NCBI RefSeq assembly: GCF_964204645.1
Contig: NC_134026.1
Span: 29,732,150 to 29,796,149, forward strand
Length of the DNA: 64,000 nt
Reading direction: 5' to 3'
Source of the DNA: Tubulanus polymorphus
Lineage: Eukaryota; Animalia; Nemertea
Made by a program: the position numbers and the translations under genes. This document shows, piece by piece, positions 1-13,950 of this stretch (the stretch's first letter is position 1; the number at the start of each line of letters is the position of its first letter). A model generated the notes under the pieces. The model saw only the letters and a program-made list of their open reading frames with translations. It was not told where the DNA came from and did not search any database.

Positions 1-887
1 TGATAGTCCCTTTGGCAGAAAATATACTCCTTATTTTCTCATCTTTCACCTGAAATGTAAGTAAATAATGTTAATTTGATTGAATTGAATCTACGAGACT
101 ATTTAATTTTAACGTAATATTGAATGTTAACGCTGTTTATCATCCGCTTACATCTTTGGGGAGATTTTTTACAATAATTCGTGACATAATTGAAGTCTAT
201 ATTACGAGTAAGTGGCGCATTATCAGTGATAATTTAACAATATTCCTGTCTTCACTGCATGTAAACAAATGCACGTGTTCAGCGCTCCACACGTCCTTCA
301 ACAATAATTGACATTTTGAATCGGAGTCCAGTGGAGGTCGAATCCCGGGAAACATGAACCAAGGTTAGGCCACTGCCAATTCCTGTGCCGCCAAATAGTA
401 GTAACCAATATGGCAGCGCCCATAAAAAAATTTTCCGATGCCTTTATTAAAATCTTCTATCAGTAGTATCATCTGGCAATCTAAGTGTGTGTTGTAGTAG
501 TAGTATTGACTTTGTTTTGGATCCCATAACATCCCACGCGTTTGTTTACTAAGACGTGGCGACGAGCCGTGTGTGTGTCCAATATTTATCTGGTAGCCAT
601 GCGATAATTAATTAGTCTGTCAGTGTCACTGTCAGGGGAAGATACAGACTGAGTGAGGCTACGTTCTGCATGCATGGGTGAAGTGGAACTGGAAGTGATG
701 ATAAGAGTCTGAAAATTAGAATCCTGACAAACCTTGTTTGTCTTTTCTGGATTCTTCAATTGATGTAGTCAGTAACCTGTCTGTGGTTTAGTTTCACGGT
801 CGGATATTTTCACAAACCACAAGTTGGTATAAGCCCATCCGATTATAAAAAGCTTACCACCAACGATTAGGTAACTAACTACAATTG

Positions 888-3800
888 ATGGTGATGATGG
901 AGTCAATGGAATGGAAAAATGTAGCGTCATCATCGATGGTTTTAACTGACAAAATAGAACTTAATTGGGCGAACCAATTTTGGCAAGCTGTCGATATCTG
1001 GATGCAGAAACCTCAAGTAGTAAACAAACGTCTGTGCGGAGCAATTATTCTCGCAAGAATCGGTTTGAAATGTCGCCGGCCCTCCAGTAAAGAATTTGGA
1101 TTTTATCAACAGCTTAAGCAAAAAGTTGAAGAGAATCTGGATGATTTAGAATCTGCATTTAATGATTTAGAGTTGAATCATGAAGATGAGATTGAATTGA
1201 TCGTAAGAGATGTACTTCCTAAACAAAGCGATAAATGTCAAACTATAAGAGAAGTTGTTATCTTAGGTATCATCAAAATAGCTCTAAAATACCTCGATTA
1301 ACTCATTCAAGTTTTACATTCTAATAAATTTCGAAATTTTCCTCCTGTTTTACAGATAAGAAGATGCAAGAAATCATTTATTTTCCGATCTCTAACATCA
1401 GAGATTCGAGTGGTGATATATACATGCAGTCTTACATGGTTAAAATGATCGATGGCAGTTCAGATAAAAGGTGATTAGGTCTACTTCCATTTCAGTTGAT
1501 TCATTCAATTATTTAATGGAATGAGGAGTTGTAGTGAAGCTGTATCAACCTAGTGTCAAATCAGTAAATATGAACACTGATTGATTAGTACCTAGTTGGT
1601 CAATTTAATTTGTATTAAAATCAAGTTAACCTATAACAAAGTACTTCGAGTCTTCAGTTTTACCTTCTTTAATATAGGATAGAAATAAGTGTCAACTCTG
1701 GTGAACACATAGTTCCACATGTACATCATACTGCCTCATGGTTAAAGGATGTTTTACTACCAAAATTACTGAAATGGATGAATGAAGGAGAACTTCAGAA
1801 TCTAACGAATTCGCTTCAACTTGTCGCATTAGATCATTATAACTCAATGTATCAAAACTTGAAAGTCAAATACGGAAAGGATTTGGTTCAGGTATCTATC
1901 ATACTCTATGTATTACTCTGACCATTTATAGATACATTGTGACATATTTACAATGTTACCTGTTTCTAGTCTTGGTGTGAGAGCACTGATCCTCAAAAGT
2001 TTGTTTATGAAGAACTGGCTATTGCTTCATATTTAATGGTAAGCTGTGAATTGTATTTCTACCTACTGTTATGTTTTGTAGACCGGTACATCGTAAATAT
2101 TGTTATACTTTATAACATCAGGTACTATTTGAAGAAGAGGAACAAAAGTGTGGAAAAAAGCAGACATTTGTAGACCTCGGATGTGGGAATGGATTATTGG
2201 TGTATGTTCTCGCTAATGAAGGGGTAAGAAATATATAATCATATGTTCATATTATCCTGTTTCATTTTGCGGTTTTAATTCCAGGTTTTATGATCTTTCA
2301 GTACACAGGAATTGGTATAGATGTAAGAAAACGAAAGATTTGGGACACGTACGGACCTAATGTTCACCTGAAAGTAGGTTTCATTTTCATCTTATATTTA
2401 GCTCTTAATACCTAGTCTGAATTTACCGGTAATCAGTATCTGTATAATTTCAGGAATGCGCTATTAAACCATCTGCGGGGAACTTATTCAAAGAATATGA
2501 TTGGATAATTGGTAACCATAGTGATGAGTTGACGCCGTGGATACCGGTAATAGCAGCGAGGTGAGCCGTGAACGAGTTTGAAAGAGAATACTACGAATCT
2601 CAAATTAAAAACATTGTTTTCTAGATGAGAAATTAAACATTTATTTTCAGGTCCAGTTACAATTGTAAATATTTTGTACTGCCGTGTTGTCCGCATGATT
2701 TCAATCATAAATTCAACGAACGTAAAGCCGGATGTAGCTTGTATCAGGCGTATTTACAATACGTAGCTCAGATCGGCGAGAAATGTGGATTCCACGTAGA
2801 ACGTGATACTTTACGAATTCCGTCAACAAAACGGGTAAAATAACTTTCTAGTTCGATAACGAGAGACATCTGCAAAAACCTGAAAATTCCTTTAACCGCG
2901 GGGCAATGTGTTAATGTCATGAAGGGCACGTTCTTGTAGAAAATCCTGTAAAGGGCAAGAGAAGGCACAAATTAGTTGAAAATTCTGGGGAAGGAAATTT
3001 TTTTTTTGGTCACAAGCGCATCGCTACCAGAATGCTATTTTCTGAAGCTTGCCAAACAATATTCTCATAACACTCAGATCTAGCCCTGTGTTTTATAAGT
3101 TTAAATCTAATTCACTCTAGTTTTAATCTATTATCTAATGTAAAATCCATATTTCTATTTCACGTTCTAAAGGTGTGTTTTGTTGGAAGAACGAGAACGT
3201 ATTCGGTAGATGCAGAATCTGTTATGGATCGTCAGTTACAATCTTATATCAATGAACGTTGCGATAGTTCATCGGAAAAACAAAATTCACTATCGGATAA
3301 TTCTCGACCCGTTAGTAAGAAATTCAAATCCTCGCCCGACGATGACGACAACGCCGCCTCGTTGGACGATTGGGCGGTGAATTTTACACCTCGGGAATCG
3401 GTGGAAAAAGTTCGGAACTGTACGACCGTCGATCGAGGACTTCAGGATCTGATCGTCGATCGCGTGTTTAAAACGATCATCAAACATGAGAACCGCTGTG
3501 ATTTACAGGACGGGAGAAAGTGGAATAAAGGTGCTTCTATTGAACTATCACAGGTCGCTAAACTATTTGATAAATCGTGTCTTGTACAACTGAAAAAGGA
3601 ATGCGGAGGAATTCAGACGTTACTGAGAAACCAACATCAGATTTTTGCAGGTAAATGAAGGAATACTGTATACAGTAGACTCTGATCAAATCAGATCCTT
3701 TTAAATGAGGTTTGTCTTCGACTAGAACAATAGAGTTGGATGTAACAAAAATCCAGATTAAAGGGTTATCTTAGTCAAAGTTCATCCGAGCCGACATGAT

Positions 3801-4117
3801 TGGAGTCTACTGTATAGGATTATATATCTAGGAATTTGTGTATGGAAAGCACAGGTTAATGTGGTTCATAGTTTTAATATTTCGTTTCTTATTGATTTCC
3901 AGTTATTGGTGGCAAAGTTCAGTTGAAATCGGAACTCAAAGAACGGCCAAAACAAAAGAACAAATTCTCGAAAAATCCTGAATTATTTTTGAAGACGAAA
4001 CTTTGTTGGTTTAATGATCATCATCCCGATGGATGTCCACGTGTTTCAGAGAATTGTCTCTTTGCTCATGGCAATAATGAACTTAGAACATTGAATCTTG
4101 TAAACACGGAAACTTGA
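888..4117 (+). CDS. TRMT44: Probable tRNA (uracil-O2'-)-methyltransferase, multi-exon
   Basis: The spliced exons encode a SAM motif FVDLGCGNGLLVYVL (~2167-2211), DWIIGNHSDELTPW, LPCC and a C-terminal C3H zinc finger (CWFNDHHPDGCPRVSENCLFAHG). The start ATG is uncertain because several ATGs lie at 888-907. Confidence 0.9.
3671..3814. mobile_element. MITE, Tc1/mariner-like ends, in a TRMT44 intron
   Basis: Terminal inverted repeats CAGTAGACTC...GAGTCTACTG are flanked by TA on both sides. Confidence 0.7.
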
Positions 4118-4587
4118 AAAAATGATCTCCAAAATAAATATCTATTCTATCCAATTATCCTCTTCAGTCCTCAGATGCTTTCGAGCGATTAATTCACGCA
4201 GTTTATATGCAGAAATATTTATTTATTGATTCATGAATACCAGTTTTTCGAAACAGTACATCTTAAAGACCACAACATTGAAGCACAATTTTTTAAAATT
4301 ATACCATTATTTTTACAAACATGTAGCACATCTTATAGACCAAGAAATTAAACAACGACATAAAATTAAGGAAAATTATCAAACACCAAATACATGTTCA
4401 TGCACAGCAGGGCGTTTTGAATGACGAAACAAATGCATTAATATATTTGACGTAACATCAGATGTAACATAAAATGTACCACCATTTAAATTCATTATTT
4501 AATTCGCAGATTCAACATACACATTCCATGAACATTAACATACAGGAGTTTCGAGCTGATTGACTAGAAAATACTTGATCTCCGCAT

Positions 4588-6636
4588 TTATTCCTCATCA
4601 TCTGGTACTTGAACATTAATCCGATGCCAAGCATTATTTATCAACCCACGTAAATTCCAAATACCCTCAATACTATCTGGTTGTGTGTTATATGAGGTAT
4701 CAATTGCTTTAGCGATTATGTTCAACTTTCCCTTATGACCTTTCGGTATTTCTAAATCTTTTTCCCACAAACTCCATGCCCAGCGTCGATTGTATTCTTG
4801 ATCGACATTTTCGAGATCGGCTTCGAACCAGGTTTTACCGCCGTCGATTGAAAGATCGACTCTGATGATACCGCGACCTCCCCCGCTCCACGCGTAACCT
4901 CTTATCGTTACGACTTCGTTATCGGGCAGTTTACTACCATCTTTAGGGCAACAGATCGCAGATGTGACCGGCGCTTCAATCATAGCTTGCGATTTACTAA
5001 AATCTGCATTACCCCAATCAACGGAAGGACTGAACCCTTTGTAATCATTCTGTTGCCAATGAGAACTACTTTCTTTTTCGCTTACTACAATTTTTGATAC
5101 CCATTTAACATTACGAGCGCCGACAGTGCCCGGTATAATAACCCTAGCTGGATAACCGTGATCGGGAGGGATTTCAACACCATTCATTTCATACGCAACC
5201 AAAGCTTCCCCGTGCGAATTGAAAACAAGATTCGCAGGAACTGAAGCGCCATATCCGGCGTTAGTCGGATCTTTATCTAACCCTTCAAACTGTACGTGTT
5301 TGATTTTAGGATCATCAATAGCAACCCCTGCGTATTTCAAAACATCCATCAATTTGGCTCCACCCCACTCTGCATTACTTATAGCCGTACCCTGCCAACT
5401 GAGGCCTTTAACCTCCTTAACTCTAGACATTTCAGCGCGGCGATTACCAGCGCACTGCATCGTCGCTACAACTTTGTGCTTTTTGAATTTTGTTTTCAAG
5501 TCGTGAAGACTCAATTTCAACGGTTTTTTCATGCCTTCCCCGGTGATTTCCAAAACGTATTTTTTTGGATCTACAACCGGTACGGCTAGATGATTACGGA
5601 TGAAGAATATTTCATTAGGCGTTATGATATTATCAGTGATTAACTCAGTCGGAGGTTCAGCATTAAACGGTTTATTAGAATTGATATTAAGAGCTGGATG
5701 TCTCTTAGGTTCATTCGCGTACGGATCGTTGCTATTTCGGATGACATTTTTCTTCAAATCTGCCTCGTTTATTTGACCGATACGATATTTTCTGAGCATC
5801 CTCACGATTCCTGATTCTTTATGGACGGCGTACATCTCCCAGAACGGTTCCAAAGCTCCCCCTGCAGCGAGTAAAATCTTATCACCACCCGGGTGCTTAT
5901 CGACGAATTCCGTAATATCAAAAACCTCTCCGGCATACGTGACCCAGATTCCCGTCTCTTTCGAACGATGTTTCGATATTTCCTCGATAGAGAATTTCGG
6001 TAACTGAAGTTGGTCGGCTTTATCGATAGTTTTTGCAGAAACAGAAGATGGATAATTCTTATACATCAGATATCCGCCTAGACCGACTGCAGCTGCAACT
6101 ACCGGCGCATACTGCTTTACACCTAGGCTCAATCTGAGTCGGGACGTGGACGAACTTGATGAATGTTGACTTCTAGCGGTAATAAACAGTGACGGCTGTA
6201 ATGAGAGACAAAAGAGTCACATATAATTAAAACAATCCGAATATGATGGAAAATAGAAATCTATGGGCGTTAGGTGCCGCTGCAGTCTTGGTGCCATCAT
6301 GTTCAAGTTCCCGCTGAGGGAGGATACCTCTGTGCTGCACTACAAGATGGGATATGATTATGATCATATGTCGAGGATAGAGAACGTGCAGGCGAGAGGG
6401 TGGCTCCACTATAAATCTATGCTACTGTACTGGCAGAAATTGAATATGGAGTAAGTTGCATAGATATTGCCTTCTATTAATAAATATCCGTCAGGGTATA
6501 TAACTTTCTGACACTAACATGCAATATAGTGTATTGTAATTGAATTTATTCGATCTAAACTCACGTTGTTTTCTATTAATTTGCGTCCACCGCGTCTTAA
6601 AGCGGCAACACAATGAACGGTCCTCCCTCCAAACAT
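4588..6636 (-). CDS. SUOX: Sulfite oxidase, mitochondrial (2 coding exons)
   Basis: It has a cytochrome b5 domain (HPGGDKILLAAG), a Mo-cofactor domain with TMQCAGNRR and HGYPAR, and a dimerisation domain. An upstream exon MFGGRTVHCVAALRRGGRKLIENN (6636-6565) splices in frame and resembles a transit peptide. Confidence 0.95.
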
Positions 6637-7028
6637 CGTTATCTATTTCGTTTGATACTTGTCATACAAAGTAAATGGTTACACAACTCGACAAGAAGGA
6701 ATCTCGAATCTTCAGCTTAAAAATAATTAATTGACGTTGAATTTGACCACCCGGAAATAAATAATATAAAGGTAAAACGTTTCACTGAAATATCGTTAGC
6801 AAGTCAAGAGCCCTTAGATTATTGAAATAGTTGACTTTTAGGTTTTGAATATAAAGTAAACCAAAACGTAGATTTCGTACGTAGATCTATCTAAGTAAAA
6901 CCTTTACTTTAACGATGGGAATAATTTGTGTGAGTTTTTTTAGTCGTCGTGGCATCGAGTTTAGTAGACATTTGCAATGCAATTATAAGGTCTTAAAGAC
7001 AGTGACGTTCAAATAAAAACGCCTGAAA

Positions 7029-8780
7029 ATGGATCATAAAATGGTTCAAACCGGTAAAGTTTACCCCTATCATATAGATTGGCTATTCAATTTCTGTATG
7101 CAGATATCTTACATTTATATAGATAAATGATAAAGTGCAAACTAAAAAGGTTAAACACACAAGTTCGTCTAAATCACTGGAGGTGGCAGCACTTGCTGGT
7201 CCCCTGGAATTATTTTGCGGGCTGCTTAAAAATGAATTGTGACTTCTTTTTCAGTGCTGGGTTCGATAGAACCCTCTAAACTAGGGATTACGTTGCCCCA
7301 TGAACATTTGTCTATAGATTTCGATAAGATGTATATCCCTCCAAACGCAGACGAAGTTGCAGGCATACAGAACTGTAGCTGGGAATTGGCTAATGTAGGA
7401 TGGATTCGCCAAAATCCGTAGGTTCTTATTCAAAAAACCTCATGGAATAGAATTCCAAATATTTGCTGGCTTTAATTTGTGTTATTTCAATTTCAGGTAC
7501 TGCCATAAAGATAATCTTACGCTGAAAAATTGTGAAGCGATCATTGAAAAAGAACTTCAAATTTACAAAGTTAGTCACCATCAGATTACTGTAGGTACAA
7601 TGATTTAACCTTCTATAGATAAAATGAAATTTTGTTTTTACAGGCAATTGGCGGTTCATCAATAGTGGAGCTTTCTACTCATGGTTTGCAAAGAAATTTG
7701 AAGTTTATTAAAGACATATCTGAGTCAACTGGAGTTCATATTATTACTGGTGCAGGTGACTAAAAACACTCAGTCTTAACGCCTAAGTAGTTATAATATA
7801 GCATACAATATCCTTTTCAACTAAGCTCTCTTGTTTCATTGAAGGTTATTACGTAAATACATGTCAGGAATTGAAAATGAACACAACACCAGTTGAGGAA
7901 CTTACTGAAAGTATAATGAATGAACTGACCGTTGGTTCTGATGGAATAAGATGTGGTTGTATCGGAGAACTAGGTTGTAGTTTCCCTTTACACGGTATGC
8001 ATAGTTAGTTCATTATCACTTCTGTTATGTTTTTAAGTCAATATCTCCAATGAGTGATGTTTTCTTCAGCAAATGAAAGGAGGGTGTTGCAAGCAGGCGC
8101 AATAGCTCAGTCACAAGCAGGCTGTGGAATGAACATCCATCCAGGCAGAGATGTTAATGCTCCTATAGATATCATCCGCATTTTGCAAGAATCAGGAGCT
8201 GATATTTCAAAAACCACCATGTCACACTTGGACAGTAAGTAGACATTAGACCAGACTATGAAATTTTGTCTAATTCATTTTGCTCGTTTCCAGGAATTCC
8301 TCTGATAAAAAATGTTTCTTCTGTTTTGTCCAGGGACTATTGCTGATAATGAAAAACTCATTGAACTAGCAGAGACTGGGTGTTATTTAGAATATGATTT
8401 ATTCGGCATCGAAGTGTCTAAATACGTGTATAATCCAAAATTCGATATGCCAAGCGATGCTGAACGAATTAAACAAATAAAGTTCTTAGTTGACGAAGGT
8501 CATGAGGATAAAATATTGATTGCACATGATATACACACTAAACACAGATTGGTATGTTTGATTGCTGATTAAATTGCATGACCGATGACCTTAAGCATTC
8601 AAGGCAAGTTCTTTAGTATTTGAAATGGATTTTATTATTTTGCAGGTGGCATTTGGTGGTCATGGCTTCAATCATATACAGAAGAATGTTGTTCCGACAA
8701 TGCTTGATCGAGGCCTGACGCAAAAACATGTTGATAAGTTTCTTATTCACAATCCAGCTGCTTGGCTGACTGTCAAATAA
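7029..8780 (+). CDS. PTER: Phosphotriesterase-related protein (amidohydrolase), multi-exon
   Basis: Motifs are [37 protein letters not shown] and FGGHGF, ending NPAAWL. Confidence 0.93.
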
Positions 8781-9901
8781 TGTCCTAGTCCAGATTCACT
8801 TGTGGTTATTGGTTGAGAAACTTCCCTAAAACTGCAAGCAATGTGTCAGTATATCAACAAATAGTTTATTTTGAATTAATCGAATTATTAAGTTGTATCC
8901 ATGGACTCGGAGATAAGTCCAGAATTTATAATAAGAATATTAATAAATCATGATTGAAAATTTAAACCAAAACTATGATTCTAGTCTATTAGGGTTTAAC
9001 TCTACTAAAAGGATTTCTAAAATTCTTATATCATTTGCTTTTTAGCTGTGTTCTTTAAGAAATAAAATATTATATTTCGATTTGATTGATATGGTGTTCT
9101 GAAGTTTTTAAATTTTCTGGAGACACATGGCTGTGAATCCTCGAAGGACTGTTGCTGCAGAAAATAGGAGGCAGTGTTTTAAAATTTTGCGATGCGTGAT
9201 GTAGAAAATAGACACCTATTCAACCCAACGGTAACCTGCCCCCAACAACTGGTGTAGTACATTTTCTATAGTGAAAACAGCAAGTTGTGTAATTGCGTGA
9301 AAACATGAGCGGACTAGCCCGCCGTATGATTAGTTCGTAGAAATTCCGCTAGGTGACCGTACAGGATTGCCGCCAAGCTCGAGCAATGGAGTCCCTGGCA
9401 AGTAGGTTTGAATGACATCATCAATTCGGAGATACACGAATTATCCATTAGTCATTATTTGCTTCCGGGTTGTCAAAAGTTGGAATTTTTCTTTGCCGTT
9501 TAGGAAGAGGTAAATACTTATCCTTATAATATTTTATATGATCTTTATATCAGTTATAAAGCATCCAGCTGTGTCTAAGTGTCTCCCAAGACTCGGTGAA
9601 AGTGAAGGCCCAAACCGAACTTGTTGGTTTGGAATAGAATAGGTAGAAGTAGTATGAAAGAAATCACTGACTGACCCATCCCACTCTAGGAATGTGGTTG
9701 AATTTGCTGCTTTGTTGTCTGTTTGACTGCGTGTTTTGGCTGAAAGCCTTGTTTAATCGTGATATTTTCTTACCACCAAATTATAGCTGATATATTATCT
9801 CTCAAACTGCTCGCTAGTAATCAGTACTCTCTCTATTATATTTTTGAATGTAAGTCGAATGATGCCATCAATTTTTCTTTTCAGGATAAATAAGTGTCAT
9901 C

Positions 9902-10664
9902 ATGTCGAGTAGAAAGACCAAAACTAAAACGAAGAAGAGAGCTCAGCGAGCCACTTCAAATGTATTTGCTATGTTTGATCAAGCTCAAATACAAGAATTT
10001 AAAGAAGCTTTTAACATGATTGACCAGAATAGAGATGGATTCATTGACAAAGATGATCTTCACGATATGTTAGCCTCTTTGGGTAAATATCTCATTTATG
10101 AAACTGTAATCATTGACTTACATAAGCAGCACTTGAAGAATCATCTTTAAATTAGAAATGTGTTCCTTTTTTCAGGAAAAGATCCTACGGATGATAGTTT
10201 AGAAAGTATGATTAATGAAGCTCCCGGACCGATAAATTTTACAATGTTTCTCACTTTGTTCGGTGAGAAATTGAATGGAACTGATCCCGAAGATGTCATT
10301 AAAAATGCATTTGGTTGTTTTGACGAAGAAGGAACTGGTAAAATGAGAACATTAATTCCTCCTATCATCGGTGTGTTTCAATCAGTCGTTTTTTAATGTT
10401 TTGTTTTTTGACTCTCCAGGTTTCATCAAAGAAGATCGACTTCGAGAGCTACTGATGACAATGGGAGACCGTTTCAGCGAGGAGGATGTAAGTATTTGTG
10501 TCATTGTCGTCATTAAGCCTCCAGTGGTAAATATTGCGTGATCGCTGGTGTATTTTTTGTAGGTTGATGAGATGTACCGAGAAGCTCCGATTAAAGATGG
10601 AGATTTCAACTACATTGAATTCACTCATATTTTGAAACATGGTTCGTCTAAAGACAAAGAATAG
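9902..10664 (+). CDS. Non-muscle myosin regulatory light chain (MYL9/MYL12/sqh-like), 4 coding exons
   Basis: It has the [15 protein letters not shown] phosphorylation site, the EF-hand [28 protein letters not shown] and the C-terminus FTHILKHG. Confidence 0.97.
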
Positions 10665-11818
10665 AAAACTTTATAGTGAGATAGATGTCTGAAAGTCAAC
10701 TGAAAAGGCAAAATTGTCCGAGGCATATCCCTATAATTCATGTAGTTACATTCTTTTAGTTTGTATTTTAGTTTCGTCAAACATTCAACAAATATCGTAC
10801 TTCCATTTCTATGTTAGTTGAATGATGTGGTTATTTTGGTTGAAAGTTTAAGGTCTTTGATTTGAATGTAACACCCCATTCTTTGTTTCAAACGTAAGAT
10901 GGGCCGTTCGATGTAATTGCTCATATAGCTTTATTCAAGTATGAAACAGGTATTAATTCAGCATGTTTCTTGTATTTATATCATGTATATGCATGTAAAT
11001 ATATAGGTCTACATAAACTGCACAATTCTTCAATCCAAGCCGATTATTGTTTCCATTCTAAACAGTTTATCACAGTTGTCTTTTCAATTTCATTTTTTTT
11101 TTTGTTTTCTTAAATTGTGATGAAAAATATGAAATGAAACATTCCTAAAATCGCTGAGATCAAGATCATTCCATTCTCGTACAGAATTTCAACATTACTT
11201 TGATTTTCAGATTGATAAATTATTTTTTCTGTGCCTTGACTTCATGAGAATATTAGTGTAATTGTGATAAACAATTTTGAAATGTATCAATCTTTGTTTC
11301 GAGAGCATTCCTAAAAGAATTGCTGACATCCACCTTGTATTCTAAAACTCTAAAATGCAATATATTTTCTAATTGCTTATTTTGTAATATCGCTCTATAG
11401 AATAGAAATAAACATTTTCTAGTGCTACAGTTCAGGATACGTTAGATACTTTTTGAATGGATCAAAGGATTGATGGATTCCTCTGATTGAATCACTACAG
11501 GTCTGGATCTGAAAATGCAGGATTCCAAATTTCCATATTTGCGAGCACCATAGGAAAAAAGAGGCCTCTTAAGACGGAATTTATGCAAAGGAAATCTCAG
11601 ACGGAATTAACGTGCCGGGAGTTAGGATGAGTCCTTGGAAAGGATTTTTATTAGGGGCCACGACTAAATACACCACAAAGTGTGCAAAGTATTCACTATA
11701 TTTTCACATTAGTTAATTTATTTCAATGTGACAATATAAAATTACAACGGTCGATGCTACATTTATTTACATTTTTATGATGAAGAAGACAATATTATCA
11801 CGTGTATAGTTTTTCGAT

Positions 11819-13950
11819 TCAGAATCGCACTTTTCCAGGAATAAACTTATCGACAAGTTTTTCATAATAGTCGCGTAATTCATCGATGTCTGGGATCGTT
11901 GTACTCTTCGAGTAGAGATCGAATTTACTGAAAGGAAATTATGAGGATGCGAATTTGTAAATTAACCCCATTACCATATAAATACTGAATTCAAATATCT
12001 GGCCTTCATTTTGAAATATCTATGATTATCTCAGGTGATATGATTAATGTATATATTACATGTACTTTAACCTTCCTTTGTCGGTATCTACGAAAAATTG
12101 ATCCCTCTGGTTTTTTCTTGACTTATCATACATACAACATTGTAGGCCTACTTACTTAAATTCCCTCACCCATTCCATCATCTTTCTGTCATGATCAGTG
12201 CTGAGATAGTCGTAGGCATCTCCTGAATGCCACGGGTAGAATGAGTGAAATCTGACGATGAAGAGCGATTCTTTCGGGAGAGAGCAGTGTTTATGATTAG
12301 CGAGTACACGATACATGTACTCATCGTGTCCCCACGACATCATTACATTATCTAAACCACAATTCTCCTTATACATGCCCAATTTTGTGCTACAAAAATG
12401 AATTGGTTTACGAAGAATTATTTCCGGATACATACAACTATACTCTTTGATTAAAGACTCTTCTGACAGGGTACTGAACAAACAAACTCGCCTGTATATG
12501 TGATGGTCAAAATCCTGATTTCGCTGGAAACTTTTTCTCCCGAATACGATGGCGTCAGAAGGGGCACAACCAACAGGAAAAGTATCTCCGACAACGGCCC
12601 ACTACAAAAATATCTCGTCATATAATGAATGAGCAAATCTTTTTATATCCATATATGTATTTATGCTGTGTTGTGGTTCACTTTCTGACCTGAGGTTCCC
12701 CAAATAAAGCCATCACTTTCCCCAAATCGTGCACGAGACCAGTGACTTGTAACCATTCTTTATCAGGATGAGCCGCACGAATTCTTTCAGCTGTTTGAAA
12801 TCCGTGTATTGAGTTTGGTAAATCAAGCTACAAATTCGACGATAACTTGACAATACGCGCACTCTCAGTACGAAGAGAGAAATAGGAAAAACGATTCTCA
12901 CAACTACGACGTCAAGAGAACTTACATCAGGATCGCTTTCATCTATCAATGCGTTTAATGCTTCCAAGGCTTCCATGATGGTTAAACCGATGTGATCAAA
13001 TTCACCCCAATACTTCAACTTATAAAATCATTATGTTTGAATAAACTTTATTTGAAATATCAAATATCCATGTTAATTTTCTAATGATTTTTACAAATGC
13101 CAAACAGTTTTTGATTTAAAACTATCCCAGCACCAAAAAAGAATAATGTACGATGTCCCTAATCAGCCACCATAGAAATGGTAGGTTGGATATTCCAGTG
13201 ATAAAACCGTATCTATATGAGCCCATGATAAAACCAATCAGCACTTTTTAGATTGCAGGTGTTCAATCCAGATGATTATCAACTTACCCTCCTTCGTACA
13301 AAGTCCACGGACTGATAAGTGTGCATTTGTTGGTAAGTTCTTTCCACCCGTTCATGGTAGATCGAATTCTGAAATATTTCGTTGATTATAGTTTTGATTT
13401 AAAAGGTTTTCATGCGACAAATGATATGAGTCGAGCCACAACATTATGAAGCATCAATCTATTTAAGAACATTGAATAATATACTGAAAGTTTGTTGTTA
13501 CTTTTCTTAATTCTGATAGAAAAAAAAGAACGAGGAATGTATCTTAAACTTGTCCGATTCAATTGCACACTGTAACGATCAGTTGAGTATATTAATTATT
13601 TCCAACAGGAGGAAGGTGCAGGGCAGGAGTATATACGTAAAGCTTATTACCTCGAAATTTCTGAACGCTTCTTCATTTCTATGTTCAGGTCTGTATAATT
13701 CCGAAGGATCCAGCAATTCCACTGGTGCGTGCTACAAATGCAAACCAAGCTGTTTGTCAATTGAACCGCTGTACGTAATTCTGGAATTCTTTCAAGACTT
13801 TATTCTACTTTTGTTTGAACACAAACTCCTTTCCAATATCTATATGATTATTTAGCGAAATGTTATTATTATCATATTTATTCATGTACCGTATATATGT
13901 TTTTTTAAACTTACGTGTAAAAGCTCGTCGGTAGTTACCACATGCGTCAT
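11819..13950 (-). CDS. MIOX: Myo-inositol oxygenase, multi-exon
   Basis: Motifs are DESDPD, HGFQTAE, VHDLGK, WAVVGDTFPVGC, SWGHDEY and RFHSFYPWH. One intron needs a GC donor. Confidence 0.95.

Noticed and set aside
5219-5589. Plus-strand ORFs overlapping SUOX
   Set aside because: They are antisense shadows of a real coding exon and have no recognisable motifs.
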